Part shown: positions 42,530 through 55,543 of the stretch, one piece after another | How positions within the stretch are numbered: position 1 is the first letter of the stretch | Layout: the number at the start of each line of letters is the position of its first letter | Assembly (NCBI RefSeq): GCF_001194135.2 | Contig: NC_068992.1 | Coordinates: forward strand, 67,674,648 to 67,738,647 | Reading direction: 5' to 3' | Origin: Octopus bimaculoides | Lineage: Eukaryota | DNA length: 64,000 bases | Position numbers and translations under genes: made by a program | The notes under the pieces: generated by a model | Told to the model about the DNA's origin: nothing | What the model saw: only the letters and a program-made list of their open reading frames with translations | The model's database searches: none

Positions 42530-42676
42530 AATGTTATTATTTTATTCCTTTAGGCGTTTCGGTTATTTTACTGCAGCCATGCTGGAGCAGCGTCTTAAAA
42601 AGTATGAGACTTCCCGGCAGAGAATTGAGTCCCGGTCTCCCGTGTGACAGGCGCGGATAATACACTTTATATACTT
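42530..42676 (-). mobile_element. short SINE: tRNA-Asp(GTC)-derived head plus SINE tail
   Basis: The reverse complement of 42610-42676 (agtatataaagtgtattatccgcgcctGTCacacgggagaccgggactcaattctctgccgggaag) aligns with metazoan tRNA-Asp-GTC. The 5' acceptor strand is lost and the D-arm is degenerate. It is followed by the tail 'ctccagcatggctgcagtaaaataaccgaaacg' shared with the 604 SINE family. Confidence 0.8.
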
Positions 42677-42759
42677 TATGCACACTTTTATAGACTTGAT
42701 ACACAGCACTCATTAAAAAAAATATTCACCCTTATTTTTCCATTCCCACTCCCCACAAA

Positions 42760-43908
42760 TACCGCCGTACATATGATACAAACAGTCACCATGCATGCAT
42801 GGACTGTACCTTTCTGGACACACTCATTCAATTGGGCTGCTAGACTTTCATGCACTACGTTGCATCTCTTCAGCCAAAAGCCATGAATCCCATCCGGTCC
42901 GGGAGCTTTCCAGTTAGCCACTTTACCCACTTGTTCTTTCACATCACCCGTTCTTATGGCAATATTCCTTTGTTCTTTTCCTCCTTGTAATTCTGTCTTG
43001 ACACTTCCTATCCATATTGCATCCCTTTTTATGTACCACATTCTTTCCCCATAATCCCCTCTCTTCTTCTTCCTCCTCCTCCTCTGACGGATCTTCTCGT
43101 TGACAACACAAATCTTGCATCCTATGAGGTCTTTTCCTCCCTTGTTGCTAGGCACATACGACCTGTCAATATCGCATTTTGGGTGCAGTTCTTTGTTAAT
43201 TATCATCACTTTTCTGGTTTTTCTGTCCGTTTCCCCAAGCTCGGTTTATGTCCACTTAACAACACCTACACCATATCGAATTGAAGAAACAGCCCTTGTG
43301 TTCATTTTCCTGGTCTTATTTTTTCCATTGAGCCTACTTCCCATAACTAATTGGTTCTTTCTGAGATATTCTCGCCTAAAGTTATCTCTCATTTGACTTG
43401 CCTTCATTTTGTCATATTTCGAAATATCCATCAATCTCAACATCCTTGATTTTCTCACCGTTCGATGGTTCTAAATCATCAGATGACATTACTTTGCCTT
43501 TTTGTATTATAAACATACCAGATATATTAGTCCCAAATCTCATTCTGTTATCCTTACTGAATATCTTCACTGGTGAAACTAGGCCATTAATTCACGCTCA
43601 GTCTCCTCAAAGATATTTAAGTCATCGATATATGACAGATTATTTAAGCTTATTCCACTGTTCAAGGTGTGCCCCGATGTCACTTTCCGTAGTATCTGTG
43701 TGAGGGGTGTCATATAAATCACAAACAGCAATGGCGATAAGCACTGCTTGAAATACGTCTCTCTTGATGGTAATACACGCCACAACTTTTCCAGTTCTGC
43801 ATTGATCTCCTAATTAAGTTTGATATGTTATCGGACACGTGTACCAGCTCTCTAAAATGTAGGAAAAGTGGGCCATATTATACGCTTTTTTTTTATAATC
43901 GATCTACC
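42760..43908 (-). mobile_element. R4/Dong reverse-transcriptase relic (rearranged)
   Basis: Motifs IDYKKAY (43880-43905), F(Q)..LSPLLFV, YIDDLNIF, REYLRK...N.RAVSSIRYGVGVVKWT and LHPKCDIDRSY are present, followed by a separate pre-RT block NWKAPGPDGIHGFWLK. Several frameshifts. Confidence 0.9.
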
Positions 43909-46360
43909 TCTTGAATTTGATCGTACTAAGTATTTCTCTACTCATTATAAACTGATATGAATATATTAAAACTTAGAATTTTATTCATTTTACGATTTCT
44001 GTTAAAGAAATAAAATGAAAGTAAATGGTGCCAGGATATGTTTTTTACAATTCCAATTTTTTTTAGTAATGCATCAAAGCAACTATCATTGTTAGTAGCA
44101 ATGTTAACAGTAATAATATCTACATTTTTTACAACAGCCACCAAAATAATGATTATAATATTGATTAGATGTATGAGAAAAAGTAGGAGGAAAACGACGA
44201 TGATTATGGCGTGGGTGTGGCGGACGACGGTGCGTTTATCAGCAATGTTATTTTACTTACAGAAATAATTTTCCAAAATGATTAATTTGCAAACAAATGT
44301 TAATTAGATTTCTTGTCACTGTGGTTATTTTTTCCTCCTTTTCAGTTAGAAGAGACTGGAAAAAAACTAGATCTAATTAGAAATTAGCGATGTCGATGGG
44401 TGTCTAGTCAACGTTTATTCATTTTCATTGCAGAAGAGATAATTGCATACAAGAAAAAAAAAGACACACTCTTGCATTCATTGCTAGAAATCGATACGAA
44501 ATGATTGTCAACATATGCTTGTCCTAAATATGAATGCAACTGTGGAGAGAATACAATCGATTTTTGGCACGAAATATATTTTGGTGTGAAGGTTATATTC
44601 ATATCACACGAGCCATTTATTTGTTACTATTATTGTGAGACGCAAATTTGCATGAGTTTTTTTTATATTAAAAGGAAAAAAAAATACTTTCCATTTACTA
44701 AGTGATTTTGGAGTAATATATTTACTCAGGTTGACAGAAAATCTATAGACGGAAAATTGCATGTAGTCTCTGACACCAGCATTGTTTTGGTAACGACACC
44801 GAGGCGGAAAACATGAAACTCCAACAGGGGAAGCAGCCAAAAGACTAAAGTAGAATACAACTCATCAACAGCATAAATGACCATAATAAACAGTATAAAT
44901 GTGTTGATCATCTGCAAGATCCACCGTTTCATGGATTAAACACTTCTGGAAGTTTTAACAAACGCATGAATCTTTAAAGTGTATGAAATACTATATAATA
45001 AAAAGCAGTACTCCACATGAAAGGTTGAATTATCAATTGCCAATCAAAATTATAAAAACTTCATAAACAGCACAAAAACCACTAAGCATCAAAATATTCT
45101 TGAGTCCAAGGAAAATGTGCCCGAAATTTGTGCAGGTTGACATTTGGCTTCGTTGTACTTCAGAATCATGATGTGACAAGGATTATGAGGAAACATATCC
45201 TTGATTAATGAAGAAGGTAAAACACGTCCCTAACAAATTGCATTGACTGTATTTAGCCTAATTGCTACCCGTATGTGTTATTGACAATCATAAATATATG
45301 AATGTTATATCACAATTAATTAACAACATACAACATTAACTACAGCATAAACCTCAACGGAATAAATATTTCAAACAATAATCACTGGAATTACTGGAAG
45401 AAAACTAATGCTTTAAGTTTCACAGCTCTTAGATATAAAACGTACGTATGAGAAAATGAAACCCATAAGAAAAATATAGAAGAAAAAAAACTATATTGGT
45501 GTATAGCGAATCAATTCCACGATCTTGCTAATTCGAACATTCGCAAAGGGAGAGATTATAAACTAGATTTAAAATCAGTGCATACTATTTGTTTCTAAAG
45601 TAAACTGTAAGCTAATTTCTGTGATACTACCGAAATGAAAAACGAATCTAAAGATAACTGTAATAAGGAATATTGAAAGGGTATTAATAAATATTACAAT
45701 TGTGCGTGCTTCGTTATTCTTTTCTAACGCAGTTCCACTTTGTGTTGGGGAATTCATATTGGCGTCTTAAAGTGTCTGTTTAGTTAAATATGTAAAACGA
45801 TAAATTTATGAATTTATGAGTGGGAAACATTAATTATTCTACAGTCTAAATGAAAATATATTGTGGTCATGAGTAAGAAGGCAGCATGTATTTTAATGCC
45901 ATAATCCATCGTTAAGTTTCAGTTTAACTAACATAGTTTATGGAAGATGTTTTAATGCTTCAGTGTGAAATATTGACAAGTTTTAAGACAAGATTAAATT
46001 TGTTGATACGTTTATAATATGGTTGTTCCGGCTATGTGAGAGAGGAAAAATAAATCTCAGAATATGATGGGTAAAAAGGGTGAAACACGAATATAAAGTG
46101 AGAAAAAATTATAATAAACCAGGCAGGCCATTTCTACTTGACGAGTTTAAGATGATATTTTTATCTAATCGGTTATATGCATCTTGTCGTATTTCTTATG
46201 TCATCTTAAAAAGAGTGTGATGCTGAAGGAATGGGGTGAATGCGATCATAAACCACAGGGAATGATGAGAAATATACTACATAAATACAGGTATCCTGTA
46301 TAATATATAACCAGAAAGGCAGAAGCTAATTTAAGAAATAAAAATAATAATATCCATTTA

Positions 46361-46410
<50 letters not shown>

Positions 46411-46452
46411 TGCATGCACTCTAAAACTTCCTTCAGTTTTGCATGCACCACT

Positions 46453-46605
46453 CTTTATGTTCTGAGTTCAAATTCCACCGAGGTCGACTTTGCCTTTCAT
46501 CCTTTCTGGGTCAATAAATTAAGTACCAGTTGCGTACTAGAGTCGAGATAATGGACTGGCCCCTCCCTCAAGAATTCGGACCCTGTGCCTAGAGTAGAAC
46601 GATTA
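46453..46605 (+). mobile_element. SINE (5'-truncated) with conserved core 'gaggtcgactttgcctttcatcctttc..ggtc.ataaattaagtaccag'
   Basis: Homologous to 50530-50640 in this window. B-box-like GAGTTCAAATTCC. The core resembles, from memory, the Meta/MESC-type SINE central domain (unverified). Confidence 0.8.
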
Positions 46606-47017
46606 TTGTTATTCCTTAAAAACTGCTGACATCTGAAATATTGCTTTTCTTCTAAAATGTGTGCCTTATGTTTGGGTTAGCTACTGAAAATGCTCTACTG
46701 ATTTTGACGCCATGAAATATGTTGGAGCATTATTAGAACCACTACTACTAGTTGCAAGTGCGAAAAACGATGTATCACTATTTGAAGAAACTACACTCTA
46801 CGGTATAGATGCTTACAGCACGCAACACAGTAAGTGTTGACCTCGATAAAAATATAGTTCATTTATAGGAGAGAATCATAAATCAGTACCTGTAGATTCT
46901 GCTGAAATTCCAGCCGCAATAAATCTTATGTTGTATTTATACATATCACAGACATTTTTGATATTGCCATAGCGACACATCTGTTATCTAATCCTGTAAT
47001 TCCAAACAGCCAAAATA

Positions 47018-47020
<3 letters not shown>

Positions 47021-47089
<69 letters not shown>

Positions 47090-47130
47090 CGAGAAAGAGA
47101 GGGAGAGAGAGAGAGAGAAAGAAAGAGACT
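47021..47130. repeat. (CA)(TA)n(GA)n compound microsatellite
   Basis: Directly visible. Confidence 0.95.
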
Positions 47131-47944
47131 TACAGATATATGTTCTAGACCATACGAAATACATAGATTTGCATCATTCTATTAAGCATGAATAAAATCT
47201 TAGTGTTTTTTTCTTCAATTGATAACAGGTGTTTATGTGGACTAGCAGGGTATAAAATATATTATTTTGTTCTATCTAAAAGGAAATAATACACAAACAC
47301 TTTTAAATATATATATTTTATTATTATAAAATCAGCTTTAAGATCACTACAACCGTAAATGTCTTTCCATTAGTACATAATTTTCTTTTTCCTAGTGGTA
47401 CGTGAACTTCATTTCACAACTTGCTGATATCTATGTAATATTCATTGCAACTTAACAAAGCGTTGATATTAATATGATTATTGACATATTGGGCTATAAG
47501 CGAAATACTTAGCTTGTAAGCTAGATAATTTGAAATTGTCGATACACCTTTCGTAAGTTCAATATATCCCATACGCTGTAGATGTAGAGCATGTGAGTTA
47601 TGCACAGATATCTAAGGAAGTAGTCTTAGCAGAAATGCGAATAAGCAGAACATAAATTTGAGTATGCTTAACTCCATACAAATATCAGCTTGACATTAAT
47701 TTATATTCTTTGAAAAATATAAATAAAATGTATTTTGTTAAAACAAAATGCCATAAAGCATTTATCGTAATGATTCTCATGCAAAGACGTCTATATATCT
47801 AAACTAAAATTTTCGTTTCACAAACGGTCATACTCGACCAAACTAAATCAAAACTCAGTTACACAAAACATTTCTGAGGGAGTTAAATAAACATGACTCA
47901 CAGAGACAGTGATGGAGAAATGTACAGGGGCATATAATATATCT

Positions 47945-47956
47945 GTGTGTGTGTGC

Positions 47957-48031
<75 letters not shown>
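47945..48031. repeat. (TG)(TA)n microsatellite
   Basis: Directly visible. Confidence 0.95.
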
Positions 48032-48034
<3 letters not shown>

Positions 48035-50468
48035 TAAAGCAGGATAGATCTACATACACGTGTGCTGATGGCTATTTCTTTTTCGTCTTTGAACGTTTCC
48101 CTTTTCCGATGAAGATCTATGCTCGAAACACGGCTGCGAAGTAATGTTTCTTCCACCATAAACCACTTTTGGAAATGTCCCACTGAAGATTTCCAGTTTT
48201 TCGTTGAAGACAGAAGGAAACATTGGGAGAAGCCGTCATCATTTGCAAAAGCGACCATTTATTGATAACAGAACCGAGATACACGCAGCACATTGGCTAC
48301 ATTAGCAATGCTATTCATATACTTACACTACCGAACAGACAAGGCGGGTCAGAAAATAAATCTCCGAGGGTTTCCTGAAGGATAGAATAGCTCTAAAATC
48401 TTGAAACACGAGACGAAAGTACAAAGAGTTTATTTGTATTATTTCTGATAATATGCATTGTTTTGGCTTTAAAAAATGCAGAACATCTTTGCTTGTGAGT
48501 GTGCATGTGCATCTGTCTGTTTGTGTGTGAATGCGTGTGTATATGTGCGTGTGTGTATTGTGAAAGTGGAAGTTTGATTCCTCCAACCTGAAAGCGAGTC
48601 CAGAGGAAATCATCGTAGACTCGTTGTCTAAATTATGCAACGAAGTTTTCACCTTAGTTGCAGACATTTAAACTTCTGCACATGAACTCTACATGTTTAT
48701 TCAAAAATAATAGTGACAAAAAGTAGAGTCTGCTCATTTCTCTATTTTTCGCTGCTTATGTTTCTCCGCCTCTCTTTTCCAATACGCTTCAACGTGTGTA
48801 TCTAGCAGAAAGTATTTTATCAAGTTTCCCGATGATTGCGTGTCTTACAGGTCTTTCGAATTAGAGATTATAAAGAGATTAAAGAATAAGTAAACAAGAA
48901 CATGTTTTTTTTATTATTTGAGAAATCCGCTACATCTAGCAAATCGTTTTCCTTCTTTTTTAAATCGTTAAATTTGTTCTATTGCAATTCATGGGCGACG
49001 TCGTCTATATAAACGCTTATATGTAAACAAGTGTAACAAACCCATTAATAAAAACAGAAATAAATCATATTGTGAATGAGGTGGCGGAAATTAAATCTTC
49101 ATTGACAAAACGTGTATTGAATTGCACTGTAAGAAAACATCTCCCGGCAATATGTACAATACAATTGAATATATACATCTTTATTGTGATTTATTTTTCA
49201 CAGTTTTCCTTTTCTTTCCCATCACTCAAGTGGCTTTAGTTTAAGCTTGGGGGATTTTAATAAAAGCTACTTAAATATTCATTGTAACGAACTTGCAGGA
49301 ATTCAATTTGAGAAAGACTTCTGGAAAATCGTACAAATAAATTTGATTGGATGGCAATAGATTTCTAACACACGAAACATGGGAAGGATAATTATCCGAA
49401 GCGTGAAAAGAGCCAAAAGCTGATTTCAAACGCTTCAATTAAAATACTTTACTTTGGTTTCATTTCTATCAATATGTCGGTGATAATGCCGTTTTACTTA
49501 AAACTAAGACAATTCTAAATTTAATTATTTTGAATGTTATATTTTATAAGATGGTACTGAAAAAAATTGATCCAAAATACATCTCTCCCTCCACATATAT
49601 ACTGTTTACATATGCAATAATTATGATGACAGAGAATGTGGCGACTGGTGCATCCTCAACATTTATTTCATTCCATTTTACATAACAAATAGCATATTTT
49701 CATGGTTTGGACGATTTAAACGTGTTTCCACTTCAGAGTGTAAGCACTTGCTCATGCATAATTCCCTGTGCCGCTTCATTAAGGGTCCTTCAACCGGAAT
49801 TAGTTAGTTCGCTTGTTTGTTGGTTAGTGTTCATGGATAATTTCAGGTGATGTTATGAATCTCAAATCCGATCTGTTTGTAAGCTTGTGTGGTTGAACTC
49901 GGTTACACACCCGTTGCTGGTCGAAGACAGTAGTCTGTCTAATTAGGTTGGAATTCATGTTACTGTTTTGGCAGTCTTCTTTGTGTACTGTAGTAAATAG
50001 GAACTTTATAACCTTCCTTTCAAGTATAGATCTTGTAACGTATTTTATTTTAGGGCTGTTATGTTCTTTGTACTGTTATTTAGTTTACTTTGATCCGAGT
50101 CTATTGAACGTCCATGAATGAAGCTGCACAGAAAATTATGCCCGGTTCAATGTGCAATTGCCCATACTCTGTGCAGTGGAAAGGCGTGTAGATCATCCTG
50201 ACCAGTAAAATATGCTGCTTGAAATGTAAAATGAAAGGAAATTTTGAGGACGTACCATTCTCCATATTATCTATCGTCATAATTGTTGCTAATATACACT
50301 CCAGATAATCATCTGTAATCATCCAGTCAAGTGAACACATAATTACACACCAGAGGAGTTTACAGCGTGAGAGACAAACAATAGTAGGCATAAGCGTTAA
50401 CTATTAATACTTATCGAGGCGGTTACATATACATACACACGTTATATAAATATTTGGATTCTTCTCAA

Positions 50469-50643
50469 GACGGCAAGTTGGCAGAAACGTTAGCAGGCCG
50501 GGCAAAATGCTTAGCGGTGTTTCGTTTGTCTTTGTGTTCTGAGTTCAAATTCCGGCGAGGTCGACTTTGCCTTTTATCCTTTCGAGGTCGATAAATTAAG
50601 TACCAGTTGCATACTGGTGTCAATCTAATCGACTGTCCCCCCC
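50469..50643 (+). mobile_element. tRNA-derived SINE, same family as 46453..46605
   Basis: Head with A-box-like TTGGCAGAAACG and B-box GAGTTCAAATTCC. The core is near-identical to 46460-46545. Confidence 0.82.
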
Positions 50644-53600
50644 GCTTCGGATTATTTACACTCTATTGCCTATTTAACTTCACCCCAACATCATCAACTT
50701 CCTCAGAATACAATCTCCGTATTTTGCGTGTTTATATGAAAATTGCCTATTGTACATGTGTCCTCGATTGCAGACCCTATGGCCATGGATGGATATAATA
50801 CTCTCGTTATATTTTCTCGTTGGCCACAAAGAACAGGTCTGCATGCACTCTGCTCGTGTTATAATATATACGCCATTTAGGTTTCGCAAGTTGCAGTCAT
50901 ATAATTGATAGAAATGTTTGATAGACTCTGTGAGGATTTGTAAGAAGCTGAGTCTTCAAAGTGTTTAGTAACAGTCTTTCATCTGAAATTGTTCACATCA
51001 TGTATTTCGATTTATATACTGGAGCGCATATATAGTCACGGAGAAATACATAGTGTAAGTGGGGAGACACCGGATTTATTGCTTTCTGATGCTTCATGCA
51101 AAAGGCAGAATGGGGAAATATCTGAGCAATAACTTGGCGTAGAGTCAGGAGATCCGTACGTTAATGACGATTTGATTATGTTCTGTATTTACCTCTTCCG
51201 TTAGTGTCGGTTCGCTATTTTGGAGCTTATCTGATTTGAACTTCAGATGGATGTGAGGTGAGATACGTGACATAGATGTTCATGAATATTCTCAACTGCA
51301 GTAGTTAATAAACTCATCATAGACAGCACAAAGTTACGATAAGTAATAATTGAACCGAGAATGATTTTAGGATTTGTCATTTATTTAGTAGAAAATGTAC
51401 ATTCATTTAGATTTGAAAAATAAAATTCAGAAATGCTTTACTTTTTCTCTCTATCTCTCTATTTGTGTCTTTGTCTGGTACCCTTCTCCCACTAGCAACT
51501 GATCCGTGAAGACCTAAGGTTGTATCATTCTTTTTCACGTTGCCATTGACCATATTGGACACAATTTTCTGACCTCCTCATTCTACCCCTACCGTGTATA
51601 GTCCTTTTGGACAGTTTTCAGTTCTTCGCGTTACACATTTTGTCTTGTCTTGCTGCCTCAAGGCTTCACGTTGTATATGTATTATCCCATATTAGTTGTT
51701 GTTTTCGTGTGTCCCTAAGCCTTTATTCTGTTTATTAGTTTGTCCTCCGTGCCTCCACTAACGGTTTTGTCTGGAGCCCGTTTCATTTTGTTATGTTTAG
51801 GCCCGATTCCTGGCAAGTCCCTTGTCTGTGCCTCCAGAATGGAAGCGATATTATCGATAATGGTCGATAACTAATGAAGAATTGGTGACCTAAGTTTTCT
51901 TTCCGCCTGTGTATTTAGTATATGTTCGTTTATTTTACTACAGGTTTTTTTTCTCTACATCGCGAATGTTGTGGCGGAGTTTCTAATGTAGAAATTCGGA
52001 TCACATTCAACAGTGAAATCAACAAATGTTTTCCGGTGAAAAAATCAGCGACTAGGAATTTTAAATTGTTATTTTCGTTAACTTTTTGCATTTACCTTAG
52101 AAAACATTTTGTGTGGTGTCGGTGAATTTCTATCCGATTTTATGTATCTGTGTGAATATATGTTCTGGTTAAATGTAGAATATAGGATATTGTGTTGTTG
52201 CAAAAGAACATTAATTTGTTTATTACTAGGACCTAAGCAATATTCTAGGAGATGGAATCTAAGGTTAAATAAATTTACGTGACGGTTTAAGTATATTTTG
52301 TTGGAAATCAATTTAACTTTAACAATTGCTTATAGTGCCGTAGTGATTTCATTGCTGGTTTTGCCTGTTTCGAGTGTTGAATGAAAATCTAGAAAAAATG
52401 CATGCACGCGAGTATGTATATATGTGTGTTTATGTTTGTGTGTACGTGAACGTGTGTGTCTGTGTTTCTGTGTATGCATTGTAAGAGGGAATTTATGAAG
52501 GCTTCGTAGAGATGTAATGATGAATGATTACATATATACAAACATATACACACAATGCGCGTATGTTTGTGTATACATACTTTTAGAATTAGGAAACCCT
52601 TTTGTCAAGTCACAAAAGCATTTGGCGAAAGGTGTGATTACTCGGCAGTTTGGTGTTGCCTCGTACTAAATGTTTTTGTTTCTGTTGTTAGTTTTGGCTT
52701 TGTGTTTTGTTGGGCTTTTAATTGTTCTCTCATGCATTGGATATTAAGTGAGTGTTGTAGAGGTGGTAGGTTTCATTAAAGCTTTGTAATGTGTGTTATA
52801 AAGATCGTTACATCACGCAACTCATTGTACCTATTGATCCCATGTTTCATATTTGTGGTACGCAATCTTTGATAGTTAGATGGCGTTTATATTTCCCTCC
52901 CTATATAGAGCCAAATTTACCTATTTAGCGACCTCACCCTTCTGTCTTGGACAAATTTCGAGTCTGTTCTGCAAACAGTAAACATACAGAAATATACACA
53001 CCGTCGAACAAACAAACAAACAAACAAACAGGGAAACATACACGCAAACAAACACGCGCACGCAGACACGCACTCATGCAGACACACACACACACACATA
53101 CACTCACATTTACAAATATATACACACACAAAGACGCGCATTGATTATTTTGATTCTTAACTTTTTTCTAGATATTGCTGTGGTAGTCAAACCTGAAACA
53201 GTCGCTCTCTGCCACGGTTGCACTTCATTTTGACGACTCAGTAGTTAGCTTTCTGTTTTCGTTTTGAAATGGCCGTTGAATTTGTCAGTTGTCTTGGATA
53301 ACAGACGTCATATTATTATTTCACAGTTTCTCTTAGAAACTTCAAACTTATTGAAATTTAAATTAACTCTGAAGTTTCCTACACAAAATTAACCTCTCAT
53401 AGCAGAAGACACGCAAGTTTCTGAAACATCACATTCGTTTCATTCCAAATAACCCCAGGGTCATTTTATATTTGTTTGCCAAGTGATTAACGTTTTAAAA
53501 TAATTAATTTTAAAATACATATCCTACATCATTGCTATTATTTCACTGTTTTTTTTTTCAGTCATATAAATTGCATTATAGTTATTAACAAATCACTATT

Positions 53601-53985
53601 AAGATTATTGAAGAAAAAATGTCAATTAAAGTTGCATCAGATTGGAAATTTATTGTAAAAATATCATATATTGACCGATGAGGGCGTTCATTTACATATC
53701 AAAATAATAATTGCGCTATTATTTTAATTAATTTAACTCTTGTTTCCAAGGTGCCCTTTTCTGTCTCAAGCCTGCCAGACTGCATATCACAGTCGTTTAT
53801 TACGTAAACGAATCCCAAAAGACGTAAACAGAAAAATAAATCCGAAAAATATCTTCGAAGAGACATAAAAAACGTAGAAAAGATCAACTAGTCATGCTCT
53901 GAAATTGACATCAGCCGACACTGTCCCGGGCAGAAAATTTGTCGTCGTCATACATGTAGAGACAGAAAAATAGATGCGCGCGCAC

Positions 53986-54020
<35 letters not shown>

Positions 54021-54140
54021 TTATACGTCCATACACACAAATATAGAGAGGATGGAATTATATGAATGCACAGGAAAATATATTAAATGAAATTTATGAA
54101 TAAAATAATTATTTATATATTTATAGATTATAGCATATCT

Positions 54141-54407
54141 AGCCTTCATCAGGTGTCTTGGGGAAATTTCGAACCTGGGTTCTCATTCCTAAAGTATTTC
54201 TCTATGTTGTTATTATTATTACTATTCAGGTCACTGCGTGGAATCGAACTCGGAATATTGGGGTTAGTAGCCCGCGCTCTTAACCACTACTCCATATGCC
54301 CATCTTCCGAAACGTTGTGTTAACAACAAACACGACGAGGACAAATATCCGTCAACTATAGATAATGTAAGTAACGTACATAATTCCTCATCGCTTAAAT
54401 ATAGAAC
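54141..54407. mobile_element. tRNA-headed SINE-like retroelement with 5' inversion; contains a split hammerhead-like core
   Basis: Minus strand 54141-54301 has a tRNA-like head (A-box TGGAGTAGTGG, B-box GAGTTCGATTCC) and ends in caagacacCTGATGAaggct. Plus strand from 54307 reads ccGAAACGTTgtgtt... Confidence 0.75.
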
Positions 54408-55465
54408 GCTATTACATAACGCCCATGTATACATATAGGCAGGCGCGCGTGCGCTTACACACACTCACGTACATATACCAATCCATCAGTCGATGTAGAG
54501 TGATTCCCTCTAATATATCTGCTTATAATAAGAATATAATTTGGCGGGGAAGGAGAAATTATTAGTTCCATTGCAGTGCTTGAGAATGATTTGTCATTAC
54601 ATATAATGTGGTGCACAAAGTGTTGGAATTCTAATACTAAATAAATTTCTCAGAATATATCGATTTATGTCACACATCGAATATTGTTCTAAATTGATAT
54701 TTCTTACAAAAATGATTTCAGTTGGAATTTAGTTTTTAATCGGCTGAAATTGATTTTATTTCAATAACGACACTTTAGATAAAATCGATTACATTTGGGT
54801 GCAGTCAGTGCTTCACACAAAACTGTGTGTATCAGAATATGAAAAGTTACTGATGGTTTTGTTGATTACCTTACACTATGTATAAATTTCTTTGATAATA
54901 TTCCCACTATTGCTGAATTAACAGCTGGTTTTATCGGAAACTTTTAACGGTTGGTAGTTTCATTATTTGTAGTCCAGGAAAAATCGGCTGTAGACGGACT
55001 TTTCCCCCGTGAATCACTTAAAAATTGTATCTCATTAAAATAATTATAGGAAATCACGAATTGTCGATTCATAGGTCGGTAAGAATTGTTGAAATATTTA
55101 TTGGACGTCGGCTGCATTTGATCGATCGGTCGCACAAGTCATACGTTTTTAAAGTAATATGTGTAAGTTGTTTAGATCTTTGGAAGTTGTCTGTCATGCA
55201 GACTTATGGATTGTTATATTCACTGGGAATAATATGTTTCTGTCTGTCGTTACTCGATATTATACATTGTGCGTAATCTGTCAAACAAAATATAAATAGA
55301 AACTGAGGATTAAATTTTATAGTACCTGAATCCATTTACAAATTAATCATCATCACAAAAAATTCCTGTCAGCAAAATTCACAAAACAAATATTTGTTAA
55401 AGTAACTAAACAGGTTCCCCGATGTCCCCAAGTTTATCAACGAGCAGAATATAAAGCGTCATTAG

Positions 55466-55507
55466 ACACACACACACACACCCATATATATATATATATA
55501 TATATAT

Positions 55508-55525
<18 letters not shown>
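55466..55525. repeat. perfect 60-bp palindrome (AC)7A-CCC-(AT)12-GGG-T(GT)7
   Basis: Checked base by base: symmetry centre 55495/55496, with CCC at 55481-55483 pairing with GGG at 55508-55510. Confidence 0.93.

Positions 55526-55543
<18 letters not shown>

Noticed and set aside
45060-45200. Possible Tc1 catalytic-domain remnant
   Set aside because: No clear DDE motifs after manual translation.
51460-51860. Possible minus-strand RTE LINE relic
   Set aside because: Only vague similarity (VKK..TLGL); too decayed to support without a profile search.
54226-54301. tRNA-like sequence with an ACT anticodon-like loop on the minus strand
   Set aside because: The acceptor stem is poor, there is no long variable arm as expected for Ser, and it runs into a repeat body. 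It is a SINE head, not a tRNA gene.
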